A stretch of 64,000 nucleotides of DNA from Candidatus Latescibacterota bacterium. Its GTDB lineage: Bacteria > Latescibacterota > UBA2968 > GCA-2709665. Positions 29,981 to 41,084 of the stretch are shown here, in pieces. The notes beneath the pieces were generated by a model. It worked only from the letters and a program-made list of their open reading frames with translations, ran no database searches and was not told the DNA's origin. Location: positions 4,704,001 through 4,768,000 of the forward strand of contig OZ250150.1 in assembly GCA_965237675.1 (NCBI GenBank), given 5' to 3'. The stretch's first letter is position 1. The number at the start of each line of letters is the position of its first letter. Made by a program: the position numbers and the translations under genes.

Positions 29981-30399
29981 CCGATAGAGCGAAGCATTAG
30001 AGCGGCTGACCTTCAACGCACACCATTAGAATTTTGTCTCGCTCTGAAATTATCGCTGTACCCTGACATTGCCGATCGACACCCCAAAGGACTCAAAGTT
30101 CGGCTCCTGCATTGTTGAAAGTTCCTTGTGCGCCGACTTGCAGAGGTTGTGGATGGTCCTTAGTCGGAAGTCGGCACGTTCCAGATGGTACCTGTAACAC
30201 CTCGGATACTCTCTGGCAAACCTACAGAACTCGCCATACTTATCCGCATCCTTCCCTTCGAGTTCTCGCCATATTGTATCCATGGTCAAGACGACCCCAG
30301 GGGATCCCCGACGCATTGAATGCAAGCTGAGAATAGGATGGATTCCCGTGCTGTAACCTGGAAGGCTCATGTTGTCAGATTGGCTCGGAGTCTGATTGC

Positions 30400-30556
30400 A
30401 GCTAACGTTTGGCGTCTGAGAAGGGGACTGGCCCGGCGAAGCCGGATTGGCGCATTGCGACGAGGTCGTGAAGGGTGATGAAGTAGACGCGATGGCCGGC
30501 TTCGAGTGCTTTGAGTGCCAGTCCGATAGCCAGGTCGGGTGCAGCGTGTGTTAGGC
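30400..30556 (-). other. attC-like site (long)
   Basis: AGCTAAC...GGACTGGC...GCCAGTCC...GTTAGGC; the stop codon of the upstream gene lies in the core. Confidence 0.7.
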
Positions 30557-30979
30557 AGCCCCTGTCCAATCCTCCCGAATGAACTTCGCAACGCTATCCT
30601 CGTTGTTGCTGCCAATCACTTCGGTGGCATGCCTCTTCACTTCATCTGTTGCATTCGAGACGACAATCGCGCGGTCAGCCATTTGAAGCATACGAATATC
30701 GTTGTCACCATCTCCGAACACCACTATCTCTGATCCTTCCAGACCCCACTCTCCCATCACAATGCGAATAGCCTGGTCTTTTGTGGCCTTCTCATCGTGT
30801 ACTGTCAACCAGTACCATCCAGGAGAATACCAATTCTCGAAGCAATGTGTCTCCACCGCACCATTGCACCTTGTTTTGATTGCGCCTTCCAATTCCTGCA
30901 ATGGCCCACCTCGCCCGATTATGGTCAGACGGATCACTTTGTCATGGAACGACTGCCTCACGTCGTCCACAAGGCGCAA
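30551..30979 (-). pseudogene. Cof-type HAD hydrolase, C-terminal part
   Basis: ATK..AI; FGDGDNDI.ML; SNNEDSVA; the 5' end is replaced by the Kelch duplication. Confidence 0.75.
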
Positions 30980-31084
30980 ACGTTCATCACCTTGATGATC
31001 ATCCGTTGCGGATCACCTCGAACTGGATCGGATTGACTTCGGTCTTCGCATGCAACTACGGAATCTCCTTTAAGAAATGCCCTA

Positions 31085-32212
31085 TCAGGCCGGTGTTCCG
31101 TGCCAGAAATCGTTGTACGCCGCCAGCGGCCCGTCCCCGTGCGGCCCGGTAGCCAGATCCAGCCCCCCGAAGAGATAGACGGACTCGCCCCCCACTGTCA
31201 TAACGGGGATTCGCCTGACACCGGGACGTTCGGCGCCAGCAGAGTAATCCTCCGCACCGTTGTGTGGATATAGACAGTCCCACCGGCCGGCACGAAGATC
31301 GTACTGCCACAGATCGTTCAGCTGGGGGTGCTCCCCTTCCCCTCCTGCAAATCCTCCGAACAGATACAGGTGATCTCCGATCACAGCGTATCCCAGCCCG
31401 TACCGAGGGGAAGGCCGTGCAACATCATCCGACCGGTTCTCCTGAATGCAGGTCCAGGCGCCTCCGTCGGGATCGTATTCCCACAGATCGTTGTAGAACT
31501 CCGGCGCTCGACCCTGACTGTCCCGACCGCCCCACAGGTAGAGCCTGCCGTTCCAGCCGGCCAGCACGGGACAGTATCGTTTCGGCGGCCAACCGTTGCG
31601 TCCATTCGATGCAGGCCCCAGGTGCTCCCATTTCCCGGCCGGCGCCTTGTAGGTCCACAGCTGTGCGTGCGTCATCGCGCCATGGCCCCCCATCAGATAC
31701 AGGTAATCACCCAGAACGGCCGCCCCCATCCCGCCCGAACCGGCGGGACGATGCCCATCCGCCGTTATTCCTGATGCGCGCCCGTCGTCGGGCTCTAACA
31801 GCTCCCACGAGGCTGTCTTCGGATCGTAGGCCCAGAGATCGTTCAGCTTGATCTCCCTCTTGCCGGGGCCCCGCACTGAGGACCCGCCAAAAAGATAAAG
31901 CCTGCCGTTCACGGGCAGCCAGGTCGTGAGCTTCCGGGTACACGGTCTGGTATCGGACGGTCTGAACCCGATGCGCCCATCGTGGTCTTCCAACCGCGTC
32001 CACCGGCCTCGACCCGGGTCGTAGCGCCACAGGTCGTTCAATGAGCCCTGGACGGAAAGATCTCCAGGCCCTTTCGGCCGGCCGTACATCACTTTTATCC
32101 CCCCGAACAGGTAGACGCATCCATTGTAGCTCAACATCCCTCCGAAGGCCGCCCGCTTACAGGGTACATCCTCGGCTTGCTCCTGGTCTGGATGCAGCAG
32201 TTCCCACTTCAT
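31085..32212 (-). CDS. Kelch-repeat protein, copy 2
   Basis: Near-identical to 18916-20043. Confidence 0.9.
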   Translation of the reverse strand: MKWELLHPDQEQAEDVPCKRAAFGGMLSYNGCVYLFGGIKVMYGRPKGPGDLSVQGSLNDLWRYDPGRGRWTRLEDHDGRIGFRPSDTRPCTRKLTTWLPVNGRLYLFGGSSVRGPGKREIKLNDLWAYDPKTASWELLEPDDGRASGITADGHRPAGSGGMGAAVLGDYLYLMGGHGAMTHAQLWTYKAPAGKWEHLGPASNGRNGWPPKRYCPVLAGWNGRLYLWGGRDSQGRAPEFYNDLWEYDPDGGAWTCIQENRSDDVARPSPRYGLGYAVIGDHLYLFGGFAGGEGEHPQLNDLWQYDLRAGRWDCLYPHNGAEDYSAGAERPGVRRIPVMTVGGESVYLFGGLDLATGPHGDGPLAAYNDFWHGTPA

Positions 32213-32327
32213 AGTGGACCTCCGTACGGCCTAACTTGTGATTCTGGGTAGAAAGTTCGGCATATTCCATTCGTAGACGAAAAACTTGATGCAGTTTATT
32301 CGCCGTGGATGATTGTTGAACCCCTAA

Positions 32328-34015
32328 CCCGATTAATTCATGAATCGTCAGATAGAGCATTTTAAGGAAGCAGAAAGAGCTTCCGAGTGAGACAAGAAAC
32401 GAAAGCGCATGGGCTGTGACGGATTTGGCGTGTTCAAGCCGTTTGGGCGGCGCCTGCTTTGCCTCGTGACGTCAGGTTGACCTCGATGCCCGTGTCAAGC
32501 GCACAGACTTCTCCATGACCTTTGGTGGTGGTCGATGCAAATGTGAAGGCGGGGTCAGCACGTCGATGGGTTATGGAACACCCGTTGCCAGATTATAGAG
32601 GATCTTGCCATAAAGGTGTTTGAGTGGAAACGCCGTTGGCAGATGGAACTTGATCCTGGTTTTCAACTCACAAACGCGCCCGGCGACTTTCAAGAGACGA
32701 TTTTGCAGGGTATTGAACTGTGCGTTGGTCCACTTCGTGCCGCGCAATCCGATTGCAGCCAGGCTGTGCATCAGGACATAGGCGGCGCTGTGGAGAAAGA
32801 GACGGAAGTGATTGGCCTGGAAGGTGTGACAAGAGGTGCGATCGGAATGGAGAAAGGTCTTGTGATTCTTGATGAAGTTTTCCATCCTGCCGCGTGCGCA
32901 ATAGGCGGTTTTGTAGATGAATGACGGTTGGGCGCGCTTTAGGTTGGTGACCACGAATCGGATATTGTCTCCTTGCGGCGTCACCTCCGCCTTGCAGATG
33001 ATGCGTTGTGGACACGCCCAGGTGCCGGCCTGATAGGCCCAACAGCGATAAAGGCGCACGGTTTCGCCGGAAGCAGCATACCGCGTTTTGGCCTGGTCTA
33101 TCAAGGACTGTGCCGAGCGCAGGAGTTTGGCGTTGCCGTTCTGTCCGAGGACAAAATACACATTCTGGTCCTCACACAACACGTGCACTTCCGGACACGA
33201 AAAATGCGCATCGCCACGTAACAGGATCTCCACGTCGGGCCAGGCTTTACGCAGGTAGGCGATCACCCGTTTGAGGATGGTGACGATCTCTTTACCCGCA
33301 GGCCGCCTGCCAGGACGCAAGACCGTCGTGATCAACTTGCCGGTTTGGCCTTCATAGATATGCAGGGGCTGGTAGCAATAGCCATTGAAATACGCATTGA
33401 ACAACGACAACTGTTGAGACCCATACACCTTGTCTTCCGTGTCATCGATATCCAACAGAATGGCTTCCGGCGGTTCCTCATACGAGGCGACAAACACATC
33501 CGCAAAGGCCTTGGCGATCCGATACAAATCGGTTCTGCTGATCCGGTTCTCGAACCGACTCATCGTGGGCTGACTGGCCAGATCCGCACCGGAAAGCGGC
33601 AACCGATCACAGGCCGCCTTGAAGCCGGGATCCTCGCGCAACGTCTTGCAATCGTTCGCATCCTCATAGCCACAGGCCATCTGAAAGACACGTTGTTTGA
33701 TCAGGTCCGTCATCGAATGATGTACGTAACTTTGATGTCGATGATCGGTGAGCGCCGCAACCATCCGATGCAAAATGCCGACATTGGCCTCGACCTCACG
33801 AAGCAGCATCACCCCGACGTCGGTCGTCAGCACGCCCCCGTCGAACGTGGCTTCTACCTGCCTACCAGAAAGACTTGCGAAAGACAACCTGTGATGTTTA
33901 TCTTGAACTCCCACGGTAGTTTCCTCCTGTTTCATTGTTATTAGGTTATTTGCGTAACCATAATATAATACAATGACTTGGGTATGGAAACTACCTTTTT
34001 TGTGAATTATTCAGG
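32328..34015 (-). mobile_element. IS1380-family element, copy 2 (transposase 32571-33935)
   Basis: Same IRs; TSD CTAA; about 10 aa differences from copies 1 and 3. Confidence 0.92.
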
Positions 34016-34025
34016 CTAAATGGCT

Positions 34026-35483
34026 TTAGGACGCATAAAGAGCAAATAGCTTGGCGCGGTCAAGGTACACTTTGACCTTGACCCCCCCGCGTGCCTGTGA
34101 GACCATCTTCTCTTCGAGCCCACCCTCTTTATCCCCGACTGCGCCTTGCGGATCGCTTTTCCATTGTACCCGGTATTCTGTTTCATTCGCTGAGAAGAGT
34201 CTGCAGTCTTCTTTGCCAAAACCCGGCACGACCCGGTCAAACGGATCGACTATCTCCACTCGCAGTGACCCGCCGGTCGCATCGGCGTTGATCCACAATG
34301 CATTGGGCTCGATACTCAGCGGGACCGTGGTCACGACCCCCTGCGCCTCCGTCTTCAGACAGACCAGCCGGTCCTTTTCGATCTTTGCCAGATTGATTCC
34401 CCGCCGGGATTCTTCGCCGTAGCGCGTCCCCTCGCCGTGCAATTCGTTTGAGCAGCTGTGATAGACCCAGATCTCGTCGCCACGGACAAAGGGGGCATGA
34501 GACGGATAGACATTTCCACTGTCGTGGCTACCGCGGGGGCCACATTCCAGAATGGGTTCACGGTTGCCCGCCCGATGCCAGGTCCGGCCGTTCTTCGAGT
34601 AGGTCAACTGAATGTCCATCCGGTTCATCCATTCGGGCATCCAATCTTCGATCTGGTTCTGGGCGATCCACCCCTCGTGGAGCGTGTGAAACACGGACAG
34701 GAAGCCGATACGAAAGTCGCGATACGCCAGCGAACTCATGCCGTAAAACTCCTGGTCCTGCGGGGGATCGTGCTCATCGGGTGCGACGATGATCTTGCGC
34801 GGGGTCCAGTTTTCGAAATCATCGCTCTCGGCCATGCAAATGATGCGCACGTTAGGCCGGCCCCGCAGATAAACGACGTAGCGGTGAATTTTTGCATCCC
34901 AATATGCGACCAGGTGGGTATCCGAGCCCTGTGGAATGACCGGGTTGAGCCAGCGTTGGGGCACGTTCCAATGAATTCCGTCGGCAGAATACGCCACACA
35001 GACCGGCTGGACAATGCCGGCGAATATCATGTCTCCGCTCTGGAACATAAAGAGCATCTTGTAGCGCTTGGCTGGGTCTGTTTCGATGGGGTCTTTCATG
35101 ACTCCTGTCCCGGCCCCCCACCTCAAAAAGGGAAAGACCAGGTTATTCTCTTTGCTGCCGCTGTCCTCGACGAGGTTGAGGACGGGTTTTTCCCAGTGGA
35201 TCCCGTCTTGGGATACGGCGTAGGCCAGTCCGTCCGCCACGTCGCCACGCGCTTCGCTCAATCTTCGGCCCACGCCGTACCACATCTTGAAGATATCTTC
35301 GTCGTCGTCGTACAGGACGTTGACGTAGCCGCCGATCAGCCACTCCTCTTCCCAGGCCCGATCCTTCTCAATCAGCGGCTGTTGCGAAGCCTTCTTTGCG
35401 GGTACGACCCCTTGCACGACGCCGTCGAGATTCTCGATTAACGTATTGTCGATGAATAGGAAGGCCGCTTTCTCGTCCGTCAT
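34026..35483 (-). CDS. Glycoside-hydrolase-like beta-propeller protein
   Basis: Asp-box repeats S.DGIHW, SDDFENW, SKNGRTW. Confidence 0.7.
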   Translation of the reverse strand: MTDEKAAFLFIDNTLIENLDGVVQGVVPAKKASQQPLIEKDRAWEEEWLIGGYVNVLYDDDEDIFKMWYGVGRRLSEARGDVADGLAYAVSQDGIHWEKPVLNLVEDSGSKENNLVFPFLRWGAGTGVMKDPIETDPAKRYKMLFMFQSGDMIFAGIVQPVCVAYSADGIHWNVPQRWLNPVIPQGSDTHLVAYWDAKIHRYVVYLRGRPNVRIICMAESDDFENWTPRKIIVAPDEHDPPQDQEFYGMSSLAYRDFRIGFLSVFHTLHEGWIAQNQIEDWMPEWMNRMDIQLTYSKNGRTWHRAGNREPILECGPRGSHDSGNVYPSHAPFVRGDEIWVYHSCSNELHGEGTRYGEESRRGINLAKIEKDRLVCLKTEAQGVVTTVPLSIEPNALWINADATGGSLRVEIVDPFDRVVPGFGKEDCRLFSANETEYRVQWKSDPQGAVGDKEGGLEEKMVSQARGGVKVKVYLDRAKLFALYAS

Positions 35484-35664
35484 TGGTTTCTCCTGGTATT
35501 GAATTACTCCCTAATCTTCGCGTGAACTCGCAGAGCTTACAATGAGGTCTTCTCTTATTGCGCCAGGCACCACAGCTGCTACATAGAAATCCCCAACATA
35601 CGGTAGAATGTCGAAGATCAATTATCCGTGCTGGGTTGAGGCCGATTCCTCGCTCTTACACAAC

Positions 35665-36540
35665 CTAAATCTCAACAGTCGTAAGCTCGTCAGGACGCAC
35701 GATACAACCGCTATATCCATTCCCATGGTAGCCTCGGCGGAGCCTGCCGACGATGTCCTCACTGCGCGGCGAACCGCAGTGGATGACCACGACCCTCGAG
35801 ATTCCAGCTTCATTAGCGATGTCAACGACCTCTGATATGTCCGCGCTGACGCCCCGGATCGGATGCGAAGCATCTTCGTCATTCTCCTTGAAATTGCGCA
35901 TAGAGAGCCCCGTAACGAATGTATCAACCCCCCTGGCCAATGGCCTCAGTTCGGGACAGTCCGCTGCATCGCACAGGAAGAGCACGCTGCCGCTATCCGT
36001 ATCGATCCGGTACGCTAGCTCGGTTAGGTAAGGCTCGACATGAGGAACCTGTACAGCCGTCGCCTTCCAACCTTTCCCCTCGACAACCGCTCCTGAACTG
36101 ATGTCGGATACATCGACCTTCATGCCCGGACGGGGAAGCGTTCCGCCTCTCCCCACGTGCCCGTGGTGGCTGATGTGGTGTTCTCGACGCGCAACGATGT
36201 CGGAAAGGAAGGCGCCGTCCTTGCCAAAAAGGCGATCGACGAATTCGACAGTCGGAGGCGGACCAAAGATTCTGAGGGGAGGAAGATCGCCGGGGTCTAG
36301 ATCGAACCGTAGCAAGGCAAAACACGGGAAATCAACGATATGATCCGAATGATGGTGAGTTAGGAAAACCGAATTCACCTGTGTAGGACTCATTCCCATG
36401 CGTGCCATCTTGTAGGTGGTGCCGGGGCCGCAATCAACCATGATACGATCGTCACCGATCTCGAGAATGCAGGAACACCCGAAGCGTTCACCCATACGGC
36501 TGGGACGCGGACCACCGTTACCGAGAATGTGTAGCTTCAT
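35665..36540 (-). CDS. MBL-fold hydrolase (RNase Z-like)
   Basis: VDCGPG; FLTHHHSDH. Confidence 0.85.
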   Translation of the reverse strand: MKLHILGNGGPRPSRMGERFGCSCILEIGDDRIMVDCGPGTTYKMARMGMSPTQVNSVFLTHHHSDHIVDFPCFALLRFDLDPGDLPPLRIFGPPPTVEFVDRLFGKDGAFLSDIVARREHHISHHGHVGRGGTLPRPGMKVDVSDISSGAVVEGKGWKATAVQVPHVEPYLTELAYRIDTDSGSVLFLCDAADCPELRPLARGVDTFVTGLSMRNFKENDEDASHPIRGVSADISEVVDIANEAGISRVVVIHCGSPRSEDIVGRLRRGYHGNGYSGCIVRPDELTTVEI

Positions 36541-36745
36541 TTGACCGTCACCGGGTAGCCTTTCACTTATTGTGCACTCATATTGGTCTTCTCGCCGCCA
36601 ACTCTTGCTTATACAGAAAAATCTGGTCGAAAAAACTCCGTATAGCTCATTCGCTGTCGAACAAATCCATCAAGCAAGAGAAGTGGTTCAAAGATTTTCC
36701 TGGCGGCCGGGACGGCCGCCTGTTTTGACTTTGGCGCGTGCTTTC

Positions 36746-36842
36746 TGTTAACGTTATGCCGGTTTGCGAGGGCCGAGCTGACGAGGCGTTGCCGATGGCC
36801 AAGGCGGCGACCGCAGCAGCAGCGCAAACTGTGCTGTTATCT
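36746..36842 (-). other. attC-like site
   Basis: TGTTAAC...GTTTGCG...CGCAAAC...GTTATCT. Confidence 0.8.
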
Positions 36843-36894
36843 GACGTGCGATACCCAAATTGTATCGCCCGCAACGTAACGCGGTTCGACACGT

Positions 36895-37254
36895 CTACCT
36901 GGCGACCACCCAATAGGTGTTGGTTTCCTTCGCCGATCCGACGTATGGCTCACAATCTTGGCTTCCGAAGAACTGCCAACGATCGAATCCTCCCAGACGC
37001 AACAGCAATTGGAACTCTTCCGGGTAGATCCATCGTGCACGCATCGGCACTTTTGCTGTCTCACAGTCATGCCTAAAGGTCCAGGTGTAGCTTTCCGTTT
37101 GTGACGAATGGTCGCAGATCTTCGAGTAGCTTACCTCGATCTCTTTCTCGGTCTCGGGATTGATAAACTCGCCAAATCTCTCTTCAGCAGGTGGGGATTC
37201 TTGATGGAGGAGCAAATCGTCTACGTAGGACGGAACGTAGAAATTCAATGGCAA
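36895..37254 (-). pseudogene. C-terminal remnant of a SAM methyltransferase
   Basis: RWIYPEEFQLLLRLGGF...FG resembles the tail of 16100-16843. Confidence 0.5.
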
Positions 37255-37457
37255 ACGTCCCTCGGGAACGAGACAGTCGTAGACACTCTGAAGGGGTCTT
37301 TCGTTTTATGTCCTTTCTTGAGGAAATCCAGTGCATGTCCAAAAGACATGGATATTATTGTCTTTGCTTTTGCCCCCTTTGATTTTCAAATCCTACCCCT
37401 CAAGCTTTTCGTCCGTAACGGGTGGAATTGAACGCAAGAAACTTAATTGAAACAGTA

Positions 37458-38108
37458 CTAAGTTTGCATAAGTTCATGGATCAGCGGTGCGACCTGACGG
37501 ATATCGGTCAGTTGCCGCAGGGCACCGGTGAAGTCCAGGCCGCGCGTCAGGCCCTGCGGTATGACGATGCAGCGCAGCCCGGCCGCCAGTGCGGCGCGCA
37601 GCCCCCGGTCCGAGTCTTCGATTACGACGCATTCGGCGGCGCTAAGGCCGTTTTGCCGCATGGCCGTGAGGTAGGGCTCGGGGTCGGGCTTGGAATGCCG
37701 GTAGTCTTCGCGCACGAGCGTGAAATCGATGCAGTCCAGCAGGCCGGTGGCGGCGTGGATGATCTCAAAGTGCTCCCGCCGCGAACTGGTGACGATGCCC
37801 ATGCGCACCGTGCCGTGGAGTTGGCGCAGCACCTGGCGGGCGCCGTCGATGACGGGTACACCGGCGCGCAAGAGTTCGGTGTAGCGGGCGTTGCGCCAGA
37901 TGCGGGCGGGCTCCAGCGCCTGTTCGTCTATGCGGTGTTCGGCGGCGATCCTGGTAAGGCCTTCGCTGGCCTTGAGGAAGAGCTCAATGAAACGGGCTTC
38001 GCTCAGGCGGACGCCGAGGCGTTCCAGGGTTTCGCGGCAGGCCTGGAAGTACAGGCCTTCGGTGTCGACCAGGACGCCGTCGTTGTCCCAAAGAATGGCT
38101 TTCAGCAT
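37458..38108 (-). CDS. HAD-IA phosphatase (beta-PGM-like)
   Basis: WDNDGVLVDT; KPDPEPY; IEDS..G. Confidence 0.9.
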   Translation of the reverse strand: MLKAILWDNDGVLVDTEGLYFQACRETLERLGVRLSEARFIELFLKASEGLTRIAAEHRIDEQALEPARIWRNARYTELLRAGVPVIDGARQVLRQLHGTVRMGIVTSSRREHFEIIHAATGLLDCIDFTLVREDYRHSKPDPEPYLTAMRQNGLSAAECVVIEDSDRGLRAALAAGLRCIVIPQGLTRGLDFTGALRQLTDIRQVAPLIHELMQT

Positions 38109-38223
38109 GGCGCTTTATTTCCTTTTCGCCGCTTCGCATAACGGCCTGTTAACCGCTGGCAGCCCCATCACGGCGAAGCCTATCACGGGCAGAGATAAAG
38201 CGCGCACCATCAGGCTTCTGATT

Positions 38224-38979
38224 CTACATGACCGGCCTGAATCTGGCTTGAAGGATCCTTTTGGCTGACAACTCACCAAAAGGCGCACCACAACACCTGA
38301 CATCCTCCACAACCTTGTGGTAATCGTAACTTAATCTGTGGTTTTCCACAAGCCATTCCTGCCCATCCCACCACACTCTGGCATATCCAACTTGATGATC
38401 CCCATCAAACGGAAACCCAACTGAATCAATGATGCTATATCGCTGACCGCACGGAACGCCATAGGACGCGTAGTGAAGGTGTCCTGCCACAATCAGATTG
38501 GCCTTCGCATCCCCCAGCAATGTCCTGGCTTCCTCTTCTGGAGTAACCGTCCGAAGACTGAACGGAACAGGTTGAAGAACCAATACACCGGTCACATCAG
38601 TAGGCGTTGCGTGCACAATGAGAAGATCATCCTCCGGAGACTGCCCTCCTGGTGGCGTTATCCTGTACTCAAAGGGCAGACCCTTCAGATAGCTCACGCC
38701 ATCTGTTCCCAGCTTCTCTCTCACCCAGTCCAGTCTTTCCTCGGAATACTGTTCATCAAAGACCAACAGGTCTGTGTTCCCGTAAATCGTGGGAGCGCCC
38801 AGATTTCGTATTGCGTCAAGACTCTCGACCGGGCGGGGTCCGCTCAGCACCAGGTCGCCAGCGACCACCAGACGATCATAGGGTTGGCTTTGCAGATCCT
38901 CAAGAACAGCGTTGAGTGCAGCGACGTTGCCGTGAATATCTGCAATTACCGCAACTGAATATGACAGGGAATCATTCAT
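38224..38979 (-). CDS. Metallophosphoesterase
   Basis: DIHGN; GDLV; GNTD; GHLH. Confidence 0.9.
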   Translation of the reverse strand: MNDSLSYSVAVIADIHGNVAALNAVLEDLQSQPYDRLVVAGDLVLSGPRPVESLDAIRNLGAPTIYGNTDLLVFDEQYSEERLDWVREKLGTDGVSYLKGLPFEYRITPPGGQSPEDDLLIVHATPTDVTGVLVLQPVPFSLRTVTPEEEARTLLGDAKANLIVAGHLHYASYGVPCGQRYSIIDSVGFPFDGDHQVGYARVWWDGQEWLVENHRLSYDYHKVVEDVRCCGAPFGELSAKRILQARFRPVM

Positions 38980-39093
38980 TTCACATCTCCAAAATTTCGA
39001 GATGGCGGGGAGTGGTTCTTGCGCGCTTTCAGTTTTTGCCGCTTATCGTTCGCGCCCGCGGGAAACCCTCCCGCAACGAGTCAAAGATCTTGC

Positions 39094-40407
39094 TCATATT
39101 CGGCCCCCTTCGGGTACCTCGCGCCCGCCGTCCCAGACGCCTGGCTTGTCGGTCCCCGTCGGCCAGTACCCGTCGGCGTCTTCATCCCATTGGTTTCCGC
39201 ACAGCGACGAGATGATGGTCCATTCCGCCGCCCCGAAATCCGGCTCGGGATGGTATAGGAAGCGCTTCAACCCCGCCTCCTGCGAAGCAGTCAGGATGCC
39301 GTAGAGATCGCGCGCCTGCATCGGGTCGCCGCCGTGAGGGCGGCGACCCGTGGACACCCAGGCTATCACCTTGTCGGGATCACCTATGGCCGCCAGGGCC
39401 CGCCGAGTCTCGTTGTAGACCACCTTGGAGAAGAATTCGTCGGGGAAACCCATCTCCATGTCCATAAGCGAGTTGACGCCAGGCAGCTCGATGCCCAACA
39501 GCGCCTTCACTACGGCGAAACACTCCGCCTCGCTCAGGGACGGATTCCACTTTCGCAATCGTCTTACCCAGCGGGATATGGTTCCGTACATGCCGTCCAT
39601 GCCGCGGTGCCAAAAATAGTGTTTCGGAAAGATATAGTCGAAATACTCCGCCATCTGACAGTAATTCTGTCCGGTGAGCGATGACCACGACACGGCCCGC
39701 GGGATACCGCCCAGCTCCACCTTGCGATCGACGGCGTCGACCTGTTGCCGCATGTACTGCCAGTCGAAGCGAGAGAGCTCCTGCCGCTTGCGCAGCCAGT
39801 AGAGCACGTCCTCGTTGACGTCGAACAGGAGCATTGCCCCCAGCATCCCCCCGTCGGCGTGGTACCGCACCATTTCCGGTGTCAGATTGTGCAAACGCTC
39901 CCGAAAGTGGGTGATGCCGCGTTGTATTCGATCCATCTCGGCGCCGACCTGGGCGAAGCGGCCCTCCTCACCCGGACGTATCTCCAGGAGCTCGCCCCCA
40001 TGGTGGAAGGCCAGCTCGTAGTGGTTTTCGCCCGGACCGTCGACAATGACGCCGTGCACCTGTGGAAAGGCGTTCATTTGGTCCTGCACGTGGGAGGTCG
40101 GGCCGCCTCCGGCGAATATCAGGAGTTGCCAGCCCCGCTCCGCGGCGTTGTCCAGCATTGCGTGCAGCTTCTTCTCTTTTGAGAGGTCGCGCGGACGCTG
40201 CTCCGGGACTTCCGCCCCCAGGGCCTCGTACACCTTCGGGTCGGGAGCCCACGCCGGAATGGTGGTGCCATCCTCCTGGAGGAATGCCATGCGGCCGACG
40301 GCCAGACCGCGCACGCCGCCATCCTCCCAGGCGTCGAACCGCTCCTCGAACCCGTCGAGCCAGTGTTCGAACGGGCTGTCACTGCAGGTGAATACCCAGA
40401 GTTTCAT
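39094..40407 (-). CDS. Conserved hypothetical protein (paralog of 26075-27451)
   Basis: Extensive shared sequence blocks. Confidence 0.8.
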   Translation of the reverse strand: MKLWVFTCSDSPFEHWLDGFEERFDAWEDGGVRGLAVGRMAFLQEDGTTIPAWAPDPKVYEALGAEVPEQRPRDLSKEKKLHAMLDNAAERGWQLLIFAGGGPTSHVQDQMNAFPQVHGVIVDGPGENHYELAFHHGGELLEIRPGEEGRFAQVGAEMDRIQRGITHFRERLHNLTPEMVRYHADGGMLGAMLLFDVNEDVLYWLRKRQELSRFDWQYMRQQVDAVDRKVELGGIPRAVSWSSLTGQNYCQMAEYFDYIFPKHYFWHRGMDGMYGTISRWVRRLRKWNPSLSEAECFAVVKALLGIELPGVNSLMDMEMGFPDEFFSKVVYNETRRALAAIGDPDKVIAWVSTGRRPHGGDPMQARDLYGILTASQEAGLKRFLYHPEPDFGAAEWTIISSLCGNQWDEDADGYWPTGTDKPGVWDGGREVPEGGRI

Positions 40408-40440
40408 TTTTCCCTCCTTTGGGGTAGTAGGGGCGATTTC

Positions 40441-40544
40441 CGTTAACGGCCTCGCGATATCCGACGTTGCCGGAGCGTAGCGGAGGTAATGTGCCCGGAG
40501 GGCCGAATGACCGAAGGGAGTGTAGCGGGCATCGCGTGTTAAGC
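40441..40544 (-). other. attC-like site
   Basis: CGTTAAC...CGCGAT...ATCGCG-T-GTTAAGC. Confidence 0.8.
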
Positions 40545-40760
40545 GTCCGTGTTGTTTTTTGTCATCAGGAATGGAATAAAGGAGCGGACATCACTTTCTC
40601 TGTTTTTCCGGCTTTTCTGCTTTTCAACAAGAAGATTACTGTTGTACCGATTCCTCGCCAGATAGCAACTGACGGAGGTCTATGTTGATATATTCGATAT
40701 GCAGTCGAAACCAACGGATCGACACTGAATCTGAATTGTACCTTCCAACAGAATCTCCCT

Positions 40761-40895
40761 GTTCTCGGCACCCGCAAACCTGCCGAGCCATCGCGAATGC
40801 AGTCAACGGATCCCCATAGTTGCAGACCAGCTACGCGGGCGGCAGGTTTCAGCGCAGGCGCGAACACGCCGACGCCACGGGTGCTCGTGTTAGCT
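40761..40895 (-). other. attC-like site (left core lost)
   Basis: GCACCCG...CGGGTGC-TCGT-GTTAGCT. Confidence 0.7.
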
Positions 40896-41084
40896 GCTGT
40901 TTGCGACTTGGAGGGCACCCCGCAAAAGGTCCGATGTCAGAAAAGGGTGAGTGGTGTTATATTCTTCCTGAAAAAGATAGGTGGAAATCCGCCCTTCTCC
41001 AAATTTTCTGTCACCTTTCCGAACCTGAATGACACTTTGTATCGAAGGACTTCGAGCGAATTCTTCTTGGTGAAGGAACATTGC

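Noticed and set aside
38136-38153. GCATAAC...GTTAAC as a full attC-like site
   Set aside because: Only a half-site; no stem or sub-hairpins, and a weak match to the preceding arm
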